Shown: positions 7,786 to 16,376 of the stretch, in pieces
Numbering within the stretch: the stretch's first letter is position 1
Layout: each line of letters starts with the position of its first letter
Source of the DNA: an uncultured Deinococcales bacterium
GTDB taxonomy: Bacteria > Deinococcota > Deinococci > Deinococcales > JAAFIG01
Direction: 5' to 3'
Length of the DNA stretch: 19,171 nucleotides
NCBI GenBank assembly: GCA_964247135.1
Contig: CAXTTL010000078.1
Span: 1 to 19,171 of the forward strand
Notes under the pieces: model-generated
Databases searched by the model: none
Told to the model about the DNA's origin: nothing
What the model saw: the letters and a program-made list of their open reading frames with translations, nothing else
Program-made: the position numbers and the translations under genes

Positions 7786-9171
7786 TTATTTACGGGTGGC
7801 GTCAAAGATTTTTTGCAAATCGCTGACCAGGCTATTCAGCTCACCATCGAGGTTCAGGTTTGCATCGTTGTTGAGTTTGGTCGCAAAGGCTTCGTAACGG
7901 TCGCTGGCTTCACGCACGTTGGGCATTCCCTCTTCATGATTTGGACTGTCTGGGTACTTGAGACCGGCGCTCACCACGCCCCAGTTGATTTTCATGTCTG
8001 GGAATTTCTTTTTGCCAAATTCGTTCAAGAAGCTTTCCTGCAGGCTCTTGCGGGCGGGGATACCACCATATATGGCTGCCAGTTGATTTGAGACTTTGGC
8101 GCTCAGGAGGTAAGAAAGCACCGCGAAGGCTTCCTCTTTGTGCTTGCTCATGCGCGGAATCGAGAAGGTGTCGGCGTGGAGTTTGGCGGTGACCTTACCT
8201 TTGGCATTTGTGGGCAATGCACCCAAAGCCCACTTGCCTTTGACGGCGCCCTGGCAGCAAAAACCAAAGAACCAAGTGTGCTCTTGCCCCATTGCCAAGT
8301 TGCCGGAGTCAAACCAGTTGCCCTCGCCAAGGGTGGCGCTGGCACCGTATACGCCGTTGGGGTAGAAATGCTTTTTCCACATGGCGTCTTGTAACCATTT
8401 GATGCCCTCGCGCCAGTGGGCTGGGATCACGGCTTTGCCTTTGGCATCCACGAAATTACCGCCACCAAACAAAGAGAGCTTGCCACGAAGATCGGTAAAT
8501 TGCGTACCAAAGCCCCATTGTTGAATGGTTTTGGGGTCAAACTTTGGACTGTTCGCATCGTTGCCGTCTTTGTCCACGGTCAACTGTTGGGCGAGGTTAC
8601 TCATGGTTTCGATGTTCCAAGGTAGCTTTTTGCCGCTCTTGTCAATGTAAGGTTTTCCATAGGTTGCCGGTGGATAGTTCAGACCAGCCTCGTCGAAAAG
8701 CGCTTTGTTGTACATCATGAACGATGGATAGACCGCGAATGGCAAGCCGATTTGTCCCTGTCCGCGCAGGTTGTAAAAGCGCACCAGGGCTTTGTCGTAG
8801 TCGCTCAGGTCGTAACTGGCGCCTTTGATGAGGGGGGTCATGTCAGCCCAGGCATTTGGGAAGGCTGAGCGTCCCCTCACCCCAACCGGTCCGACCAAGT
8901 CCGGGGCATTGCCCGCCGTGATTTGCGTGGCGAGCGTGTCGTATGCCTGTTTGTTATCGACAATCTCGAGCTTGAGGTTGATCGTGTCCTGAGATTTGTT
9001 GAAATCGTCCACGACTTTCTTCTGGGCGACGATGGTTGGCTCGTCCGTACCGGCGCCAAGTCCGACAAACCAGCGAACGTCGGTTTTGGTCGGGGCTGCA
9101 AGTGCCAACATCACCGTGACCGATGCCGTGAGGAGCGTAAAGCTTGTGGCAATAATAACTTTCCTTTTCAT
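7786..9171 (-). CDS. ABC transporter sugar-binding protein (extracellular solute-binding family 1)
   Basis: Start ATG 9171 with RBS AAGGAG. Sec signal peptide ending ALA-A, no lipobox. Motifs 'AGNAPDLVGP', 'GLPFAVYPSFMMYNKALFDEAGL', 'SKHKEEAFAVLSYL'. Lies upstream of two permeases. Confidence 0.93.
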   Translation of the reverse strand: MKRKVIIATSFTLLTASVTVMLALAAPTKTDVRWFVGLGAGTDEPTIVAQKKVVDDFNKSQDTINLKLEIVDNKQAYDTLATQITAGNAPDLVGPVGVRGRSAFPNAWADMTPLIKGASYDLSDYDKALVRFYNLRGQGQIGLPFAVYPSFMMYNKALFDEAGLNYPPATYGKPYIDKSGKKLPWNIETMSNLAQQLTVDKDGNDANSPKFDPKTIQQWGFGTQFTDLRGKLSLFGGGNFVDAKGKAVIPAHWREGIKWLQDAMWKKHFYPNGVYGASATLGEGNWFDSGNLAMGQEHTWFFGFCCQGAVKGKWALGALPTNAKGKVTAKLHADTFSIPRMSKHKEEAFAVLSYLLSAKVSNQLAAIYGGIPARKSLQESFLNEFGKKKFPDMKINWGVVSAGLKYPDSPNHEEGMPNVREASDRYEAFATKLNNDANLNLDGELNSLVSDLQKIFDATRK

Positions 9172-9256
9172 ACAATCTCCTTGTAGCGTGGTGTGCCGAT
9201 TGGCACTTGAGAGGGCGAAGGTTGGCATAGATCGATTGGTGAAGCCTGAAAAAGAA

Positions 9257-9276
9257 AATGGTAGCGTTTACATTTT
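9257..9276. promoter_or_regulatory. LacI-family operator upstream of the transporter/GH operon
   Basis: AATGGTAGCGTTTACATTTT: imperfect palindrome with central CG, 18/20 identical to the reverse complement of 10339..10358. Confidence 0.8.
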
Positions 9277-9314
9277 GCCAAAACAAAAAACTTTAAAGTA
9301 TGGATATTGCAGAA

Positions 9315-10319
9315 TTACATGTCTCTCACGGATTGACGAATCACCAGTTCGGGCATAAAACGAGTTGCCACCAGTTCAGTGGCAAGGTTCAAAGCCCTCA
9401 ACGCCAAGACTGCCGCCGCTCGCCCCATCTCATTTAACGGTTGACGAATGGTGGTTAGTCGGGGATTGAGGTACCTCGAGAAAACCAAATCGTCATATCC
9501 AATAACCGAAATATCTTCTGGAACACGCAAATTGGAATCTTGTAGGGCTTGCATTGCGCCTGCCGCCATCTGATCGTTACCAACAAAAATGGCAGTGATC
9601 GGCAGTTTGCGACCCAAGAGTTTTACCAGCGAACGGTAGCCACCGTCTTCGGTAAAATCGGATTCGACAATATAATCCTCGAGAAACGGAAAATTGTGCT
9701 GCTGGAGCGCCTGCTTGTAGCCGTCCAACCGCGATCGAGAGTCGATGTGGGCGGGTGGAACCAGCGGACCGGTGATGTGGGCAATGTGTCGATGTCCACG
9801 GCTGATCAGGTACTGCGTAGCCAGCAGTCCGCCCTGTTCGTTATCCAAGTACACGCATTGCCCGGCGAGTTGAGGCACGTTGCGTCCAATCACCACCAAT
9901 GGCACACGATCATTTGACCAAGCCCGCAATTGTTCATCCGAAGTAAGTTCGACATGGACGATCAAGGCTTCAGCACGACGCTGCTGCAAAAATTCGTGGG
10001 CTTTGGATTCGAGATCGCTCGAGTATCCACCGTTGCAAACCAAAACGTGCAATCCTGCGCTGCGAATCACCTCTTCGATGCTCTTGAGCATCTGCCCAAA
10101 ATATGGGCTGCCAAGGTCGCCGACCATCACCCCCACACCAAAAGAGCGTCCACCGCCCAGAGCCTGTGCGGCACCATTTGGACGAAAGCCCAATACCCGC
10201 ATCGAATTCAGCACCTTCTCTCGAGTCAACGGTTTTACCGCATCTGAGTTGTTGAGCACGCGAGAAACCGTGGCAACAGAAACCCCTGCATGTTTGGATA
10301 CCGCAACAATGGTGTAAAT
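9315..10319 (-). CDS. LacI-family transcriptional regulator
   Basis: HTH 'TIVAVSKHAGVSVATVSRVLN', hinge 'FRPNGAAQAL', 'GHRHIAHITGP', 'VPEDISVIGYDD', 'LTTIRQP'. Start uncertain: ATT at 10319 behind GAGGTG is preferred; the nearest in-frame ATG is 10394. Confidence 0.93.
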   Translation of the reverse strand: MYTIVAVSKHAGVSVATVSRVLNNSDAVKPLTREKVLNSMRVLGFRPNGAAQALGGGRSFGVGVMVGDLGSPYFGQMLKSIEEVIRSAGLHVLVCNGGYSSDLESKAHEFLQQRRAEALIVHVELTSDEQLRAWSNDRVPLVVIGRNVPQLAGQCVYLDNEQGGLLATQYLISRGHRHIAHITGPLVPPAHIDSRSRLDGYKQALQQHNFPFLEDYIVESDFTEDGGYRSLVKLLGRKLPITAIFVGNDQMAAGAMQALQDSNLRVPEDISVIGYDDLVFSRYLNPRLTTIRQPLNEMGRAAAVLALRALNLATELVATRFMPELVIRQSVRDM

Positions 10320-10338
10320 GGGACACCTCGGTGGGTCT

Positions 10339-10358
10339 AAAATGTAACCGTTACCATT
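10339..10358. promoter_or_regulatory. LacI-family operator upstream of the regulator (autoregulation)
   Basis: AAAATGTAACCGTTACCATT, matching the 9257 site. A candidate minus-strand -35 TTGACT lies at 10388..10383 with an AT-rich -10 region at about 10359-10365. Confidence 0.78.
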
Positions 10359-10660
10359 ATTTAAATCACAATCTTTAGAGGAAGTCAAGGTCATGGTTTG
10401 GTTTGGTAACCCAAACTTTTGTCTCCCAATGGTTTACCCCAATCGCTGTACTTGACAATAGACTTGTGCTTTTGGAGTCTTTGGTTTACAACGCCAAAGC
10501 TTTACAAGATCGTGCCCAACGTCAGAAAAGGCAAAACCTTTTGTAATAATTCTGTGATGTTCAATATTGCAACATACCCCTGTTTACGAGTCTTCTCGAA
10601 ATGGTAATAGTCTCAATTAACCTCTCATAAACCGACGCTACGGAAGAAAGCAGGTGTACC

Positions 10661-11971
10661 ATGAAGCAATCCAAACCAAAGTTGTTGCTCTCTCGAGTCT
10701 TGGGTTTCGCCCTGATTGGCTTACCAAGCATGTTAATTGGTTGTGCCCAGTTGCCGGCAATTGACACCAGCGTTGCCCGTTTGATGACGGTCAACATCCA
10801 ACCAGGTGAAACAGCCGCAACGTTGGAAAGCAAATACGATGCCAAAGTCCTGACCTTCCACCCTCAAACCGGTGAGTCCGTCTTGGCACTCAGTCAAGAC
10901 CGTGCCGCCCGCCTGAGCCGTGAGGCGTTCACCGCCTCCGACCCCAACGAAAACACCTTGGAATCTCAGCAACAAACCAGCAACGCATCCGCCGTCAATT
11001 CAAACATGAGCGGTTGGACCAGCTGGGCATCAGGATGGAGTGTTTACGGCGCAGCCTTAACCGCCGACCTCCCCACAAATGCGACCAGCAGCTTGAACTC
11101 GTCAACTTGGAAGACAATCAAACTGCCCGAAGCCCTGGGTCTGGCTCCAAAAGCCGGCATCGGAGTCATTGTTGCCGTGATTGACACGGGCATCGATCTT
11201 GATCATCCAGCATTTGCCAATCGTTTGGTCGCTCCGAAAGACATGTGGGATTTTGTCGATAACGATGCCAAACCTCAAGAGGTCTACGTGAATTCCTCGA
11301 GCAAGGGTTATGGTCATGGTACATGTGTCGCCGGTATCGTGGCGCAAGTGGCTCCGAAAGCCAAAATCATGCCGTTGCGGGTTCTGGCTCCGAACGGCTC
11401 TGGAAATTCCGACAGCGTGGTTGCCGCCATCGACTGGGCTGTCGCTCACGGTGCAAAAGTCATCAACCTTTCGCTCGGTTCGCAATACCTAACGTCTTTG
11501 GACGCCGAAATCAATTGGGCAACCCAAAACGGTGTCTTTGTGGTGTCCTCGTCGGGCAATACTGGCAACACCAACGTGACTTTTCCTGCCTATGCCTCCA
11601 AAACTGGCGGCGTTTGGGGCGACATGACCATCGGTGTTGCCAGCTCAGATTTGAACGATAAGAAATCGTTGTTTTCGACCTATGGAAACGTCGAAGTGAC
11701 TGCCCCCGGCGAGAATATTTTTGTTCCGGCACCAAACTTGAGGGTCGCGAGCTGGACTGGAACCAGCATGGCTGCGCCCATCATCGCCGGAGGGCTTGCC
11801 TTGGCGCTCGGACAACGGACGTATCTGTCCTTGCTTTTGCCTGTTGTAGGTAATGCAATTGGCTATACTGCCGATAATTTAGCGATTAAAGATTCCCAAT
11901 TCGGCTTGAATCTTGGCAGTGGTCGCGTCAATCTTCAACACTTTATACAGTTCGCTTTGAATCTGCCGTAA
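10661..11971 (+). CDS. S8 (subtilisin-like) serine peptidase, probable lipoprotein
   Basis: Catalytic motifs VAVIDTG (Asp), GHGT (His), GTSMAAP (Ser), oxyanion SSGN, VINLSLG. Lipobox-like LIG-C. RBS AGGTG. Confidence 0.95.
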   Translation: MKQSKPKLLLSRVLGFALIGLPSMLIGCAQLPAIDTSVARLMTVNIQPGETAATLESKYDAKVLTFHPQTGESVLALSQDRAARLSREAFTASDPNENTLESQQQTSNASAVNSNMSGWTSWASGWSVYGAALTADLPTNATSSLNSSTWKTIKLPEALGLAPKAGIGVIVAVIDTGIDLDHPAFANRLVAPKDMWDFVDNDAKPQEVYVNSSSKGYGHGTCVAGIVAQVAPKAKIMPLRVLAPNGSGNSDSVVAAIDWAVAHGAKVINLSLGSQYLTSLDAEINWATQNGVFVVSSSGNTGNTNVTFPAYASKTGGVWGDMTIGVASSDLNDKKSLFSTYGNVEVTAPGENIFVPAPNLRVASWTGTSMAAPIIAGGLALALGQRTYLSLLLPVVGNAIGYTADNLAIKDSQFGLNLGSGRVNLQHFIQFALNLP

Positions 11972-12553
11972 CGATAATTTAAATTTGTGTGAGACGGGCT
12001 ATCCGCCGAAGAACTACTGGCTTGGATTTCGAGTGTGGTGGAATCCAAGCCTTGTAAAGATACCATGAGAGAATTCGATCTCAACAAAATCATTTTCCTG
12101 GTGCTCAACTTCACCCAAGGAGAGCCTGCGATTACCAAAGCAGCTTGCATTTCCGTTGCCGCCCTTCTTGCCGCCCAAACGTACCTTCAATCTGCATCGC
12201 TGACAGGTTTGGATCATTTCTTGACCCGGATAGAATCACCTTCTTGCCCGTAAGACAGCACCTGGCGGGCTACTCGCGCAAACGGGCTTGGGTCGCTTGC
12301 AGGGGATGATTTGAAGTGTTTGGGTTTGCGTTTGAGGCACTGAACGGTCAACATATCTTGAGTTATGCACTAAAACGCCGAAGGTCTATTCAATTCTTCA
12401 GGTTTAAAATCTTCGTATTGATAAAAGCCCTGCTGTGTGATGGGTACTTGGTTGCACATGGTTTTAAATAATCTTAATGGCGCGAAGCCGACTCGTGAGG
12501 GCAAACTGCGACCAATTCGATGAATCCTACAGACTTCACAGAAACCACAAACC

Positions 12554-12559
12554 TATACT
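12554..12559 (+). promoter_or_regulatory. -10 box of a probable leaderless promoter
   Basis: TATACT followed by 6 nt and then ATG 12566. No Shine-Dalgarno sequence. Confidence 0.55.
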
Positions 12560-12565
12560 CGAGCC

Positions 12566-14021
12566 ATGGTTCGTAACACTGCAATCGTACTCTTGAGCCT
12601 TGGCGTCGCCCTAAACGTACTCAGTTGCAACATGAGTCAGAGCGCTCCGATCACCGCAGGCGGCGCGACCGTGCCGCCAAGCTCGAGTGCACCGAGCAAA
12701 AAACTAATCGAATTCGGCTGGGACAACCCACGCAGCGATTTCGTGCGCCAAAACATTGTCAGTATGCAACAAAAACCCTTTGCGGGCATCACCATGCTCT
12801 TTAACGTCGGAACCAACATCTTTAACAAAACCCCGTACCTCGAGGGTGAATTCAGCAACGACCGTGACAACCTTCAAGACACCAACTTCGGAACCCTGAC
12901 CGATAATTTTTTTCGCATGGATACCCGCCACGAGACAGGCTGGAATTGGCAAAACGACAACGACTGGGCTGCCGCGCTCGAGAACGTTCGGCAGACCACA
13001 CGCACCGCGAAAGTTGGCAACTTCAAAGGCTTTTTCTTCGACACCGAAGCCTACGGACCCAATCCCTGGAATTACGATCCCGCCAAGTACAACACCAAAA
13101 GTTACGCCGAAATTTCCAGCATCGTGCGTGCTCGAGGGCGCGATTTTATTCGGGTGGTTCACGAGGAACTGCCCGGTGCGAAAATCATCACGCTCTGGGC
13201 ACAAAGCGTGATCTCGCGTCAGATCGGTTGGAGCGGAGCCGTCACGAGTTCGTCGTGGCCACTGTATATTCCGTTTATGGAAGGCTGGATGGATGGCGCT
13301 CAAGGTGAAACCTTCATTGACGGCAACGAAAACGCTTACTTCAACTTGCTCGAGGAGGATTACACCGTCGAGCGCAACGATTTTAATGATGCCATCCGCT
13401 TGTTTTCGGCTGAAAATCAAACCAAAAGAGCAACTGACAGGCTTTGCCAATTCCCTTTCGATTGACACGCATGTCAACACGAACAATTCGACGCGCTACT
13501 TCGGGTTTTACGCGCCTTCAGATGCGGACCGTTTGAAGTTGCTCGAAAATAATATTTACCTTGGCTTAAAAAACAGCGATGAGTACGTGTGGGTGTACTC
13601 CGAATTGATGAACTGGTGGACGAACGCATTGCCCGCAGGTGTCGAAGATGCGGTGAAAAATGGTCTCGAGAAATTTAACGCAGGTCGAGGGCTAGGGTTT
13701 GATATCACCGCGATGGCGAAGGGCACAAAGCAGAAATACTTGGATCGTATTTTCATTCGGGGAAGGGTCGTCAAGCCTGGCGAGAGCCTGTACTTACGGG
13801 CGAGCGTCGAATCGGGGATTGTGGACAAGCAAGGCAAAGAGACGGCGTGTGTGGTCTACAACGAGGCGGGCGATTTCGATTGTGAATTTCCGTTTGGCTG
13901 GAAGGGAACGTTGACGCCAAAGTTGGAGGGTACGGTTTTTGATCCGCCAATGCGGGATTACCGACAGTACAACATCACTCCAGGGGCGTGGCTCGAGCAT
14001 CAAGATTTCAACGCCAAGTGA
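12566..14021 (+). pseudogene. Uncharacterised glycosidase-like lipoprotein (~484 aa if repaired), split by a +1 frameshift
   Basis: ORFs 12566..13465 and 13293..14021 overlap in adjacent frames. Removing one A from AAAA at 13424-13427 gives a continuous ...ENQTK-EQLTGFANSLSIDTH.... Lipobox VLS-C. Motifs KKLIEFGWD, KGFFFDTEAY, FIDGNENAY, SDEYVWVYSE. Confidence 0.75.
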
Positions 14022-14061
14022 ACCGCGACGCTGCAAATGAACCCCAAAAAATTCGTGGACA

Positions 14062-14625
14062 TCAGGAAACGCCGTCGCTTCGGTTGCGGTACGAACGTGG
14101 ACCACAACCGTAGGTTGCTCGAAACCGCCTCGAGAAGTACAGCGGATCGCCAAACCCAACTTCGAGCGCGATGCTCGAGACGGTCTTCGAGGTGGCAATC
14201 AGCAACTGCGCCGCACGTTGCAGGCGGGTCGATTCGAGAAATTGCTGCGGACTTCGCCCGACCTGCGCCGTGAACAGGTGCGCGAACCTCGAGAGCGAAA
14301 GGTGACTCTGCGCGGCGAGTTCCGCGAGCGACAGCGGTTGCAGCATGTTTGTGCGAATCAGCGTCACGGCTCGAGCGATGCGTTCGTCGAGTTGATGCTG
14401 AAATTCGGGCGGCAGGCACTCGAGCCAGACGCGTTCCAAGGCGTTGATGGCACGTTGCTCGCGGTGGGTTTCGCCTTCTGTCGCCGAATTATATATCTCG
14501 AGTGGCGCGGCTTGGATTCGTTCGCGTTGCGTTCAGTTCGTCCCATACGGCTGTGCATGACTGCGGATCGCCGAATTCCCTCGGATTCGGCACGACGAAT
14601 AGCCGCTCGTCAGCGCGTCCAACAT
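14062..14625 (-). pseudogene. AraC-family transcriptional regulator, disrupted (only the C-terminal HTH domain is intact)
   Basis: Double HTH 'LSLAELAAQSHLSLSRFAHLF...IALEVGFGDPLYFSRRFR...PRSYR'. The frame extends upstream (RIQAAPLEIY...RAINALERVWL) to an in-frame TGA at 14535..14533, with a possible ATG at 14625. Too short for a full ligand-binding domain. Confidence 0.75.
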
Positions 14626-14672
14626 CGCAACGCCTTGAACTGGGTTGGTAGCTGAAAATGGTCGAGTCGCCC

Positions 14673-14714
14673 TTGACAAAATCCGACCAACAACATATCT
14701 TTATCGAAGATAGA
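14673..14714 (+). promoter_or_regulatory. Sigma70-type promoter of the tetR gene with overlapping palindromic operator
   Basis: TTGACA (14673-78), 17-nt spacer, TATCTT (14696-701). TTTATC-GAA-GATAGA at 14700..14714. Confidence 0.7.
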
Positions 14715-14734
14715 TTTTTTATAAGGCGAAAGAA

Positions 14735-15340
14735 ATGGGAACTCAAGAACGCCGCGAACGCCAAAAACAAGTGACTCGAGCAAGCATTCTTGACGCAGCC
14801 CGTCAGATCGCTTCCAGCGAAGGTTGGTCTGCGGTCACGATTCGGCGCATTGCCGATCACATTGAGTACACTTCCCCAATCATCTATCAATACTTTGCCA
14901 GCAAGGAGGACGCACTTAACGCTGTGGTAATCGAAGGTTATCTGGCATTGGAGGCTGCAATGTCGATCCCACTTGAGACTCGAGATGCCAACGAAAATAT
15001 GCTGGTTCTCACTCGGGCATACCTCGATTTTGTTCAAGCTCATCCCAGGGTTTACGAATTGATGCACGGAATGGGTGGAGTCACCATAGACCCTTTTATA
15101 CGGGCGAATGCCGCCTTGAGCATGTGCCAACTGACCGCCAAGGTCTTGCAAAGCTGGGCTGAAGACCGCGAAATCGTGTTGCTGGATGTCCAAAAAACCG
15201 TTGAGATCATTTCTGGGGTTTTGCATGGCATGGCATGTATGGGAATATTACCCAACATCGGATTTAAACGTGCAGAACAGCTTGCTGTGGAAGCCGTACA
15301 GGATTTACTTTGGAGTTGGCAAAGCAATCTTGAGGTATAA
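14735..15340 (+). CDS. TetR/AcrR-family transcriptional regulator
   Basis: N-terminal HTH 'TRASILDAARQIASSEGWSAVTIRRIADHIEYTSPIIYQYFASKE'. C-terminal 'LHG' motif resembles the WHG domain. Confidence 0.95.
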   Translation: MGTQERRERQKQVTRASILDAARQIASSEGWSAVTIRRIADHIEYTSPIIYQYFASKEDALNAVVIEGYLALEAAMSIPLETRDANENMLVLTRAYLDFVQAHPRVYELMHGMGGVTIDPFIRANAALSMCQLTAKVLQSWAEDREIVLLDVQKTVEIISGVLHGMACMGILPNIGFKRAEQLAVEAVQDLLWSWQSNLEV

Positions 15341-15404
15341 TTTTTTTACCAGTAATCTATCAACGAAAGCCTTTCTTACACTGGAAGTGTTCAAGGGGGA
15401 ACAT

Positions 15405-16376
15405 ATGAAAGCATTGGTTTTAGGGGCAACTGGCGGAAGCGGTCAAGCCATTGTACTCGAGTTGTTGGCTCGAGGCATTCCCACCATCCTGTTCGGACGA
15501 AATCGTCAAAAATTGGAAACATTGGTCAGCGGTTGGGGATCATCACCTCTGATGGAATGCGTCGAGGGTGATGTTTACAAAACCGCCACCATGATCTCTG
15601 CCTTTGAACAAGCTGATGTGGTCTTCCAATGCGCCAACGGAGGCTATATTGGCATGGTCGAGACCCTGCCCGTCCTCGCCGCTTCGGTCATGGCGGCAGC
15701 CGAACAGACCGGGAAAAATGTCGTCTTCGTGGACGGCGTCTACGTCTACGGAAGATCGCCAGGACACCCGGTGGGCGAAACCTACCCAATGAACCCACAC
15801 ACCCGAAAGGGTCAAGCGAAACTGGCTTTTGCCCACGAGGTACACTCGAGCCGTTGGAAGAACGCTCGAGCGACCATTGTCCGACTGCCCGATTACTACG
15901 GACCAACCAGTCAGATGGCATTTCTTGACCCGACTTTGCAAGGTCTCGTTCGGGGGACACCAACAATTTTTATTGGCAGTCTTCGCGTGCCTCGAGAATA
16001 CGTTTATTTGCCTGACGCTGCCAAAATGATTGTCAATATCGCGCTACGTGACGAATTCTACGGGCAGAATTGGAACAATCCAGGGCAACCGATCAGCGGT
16101 GATGACATCATCAAAATCTGCCAGAAACACCTGGGTCGCCGAAGTCCAGTCTTCGGTTTGGGATGCAGGTCGGTTAACCTGCTTGGACTGTTCGTTCCCG
16201 CCTTCAAGGAAATGTCAGAAATGATGTACCTGACGGAAGAACCCCTGATGCTTGATGGGACAAAATACGAACTCGAGGTGGGGGCTATTCCGCGCACCTC
16301 TTTTGAGGATGGATTGGCGCAAACGCTCAAGGCTTTGGGCAGCAATGAAAGAGCAAAAAACCTTCACGGAGCGTAA
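15405..16376 (+). CDS. NAD(P)-binding epimerase/dehydratase family protein (atypical SDR)
   Basis: Start ATG 15405 with RBS AAGGGGG. Rossmann motif VLGATGGSG, 'VYVYG', 'TRKG', 'IVRLPDYYGP', 'EYVYLPDAA'. Confidence 0.92.
   Translation: MKALVLGATGGSGQAIVLELLARGIPTILFGRNRQKLETLVSGWGSSPLMECVEGDVYKTATMISAFEQADVVFQCANGGYIGMVETLPVLAASVMAAAEQTGKNVVFVDGVYVYGRSPGHPVGETYPMNPHTRKGQAKLAFAHEVHSSRWKNARATIVRLPDYYGPTSQMAFLDPTLQGLVRGTPTIFIGSLRVPREYVYLPDAAKMIVNIALRDEFYGQNWNNPGQPISGDDIIKICQKHLGRRSPVFGLGCRSVNLLGLFVPAFKEMSEMMYLTEEPLMLDGTKYELEVGAIPRTSFEDGLAQTLKALGSNERAKNLHGA

Noticed and set aside
7704..7805. Longer ORF-track starts for the permease (7805), also SBP (9228), GH30 (3818) and SDR (15186)
   Set aside because: These extensions overlap neighbouring genes or lack an SD. 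The downstream starts have a clear RBS or stop/start coupling and give family-typical N-termini.
5677..9171. ABC operon lacks an ATPase gene
   Set aside because: Ordinary: CUT1 sugar transporters often share an MsmK/MsiK-type ATPase encoded elsewhere.
12301..12385. c-di-GMP-II riboswitch-like words (GGCAC...GAGTTATGCAC)
   Set aside because: Only scattered short matches; the required stems and pseudoknot pairing are not present.
12704..13486. Long antisense ORFs (260 aa here; also 5054..5710 and 14489..15226)
   Set aside because: Shadows of well-supported genes on the opposite strand, with no motifs.
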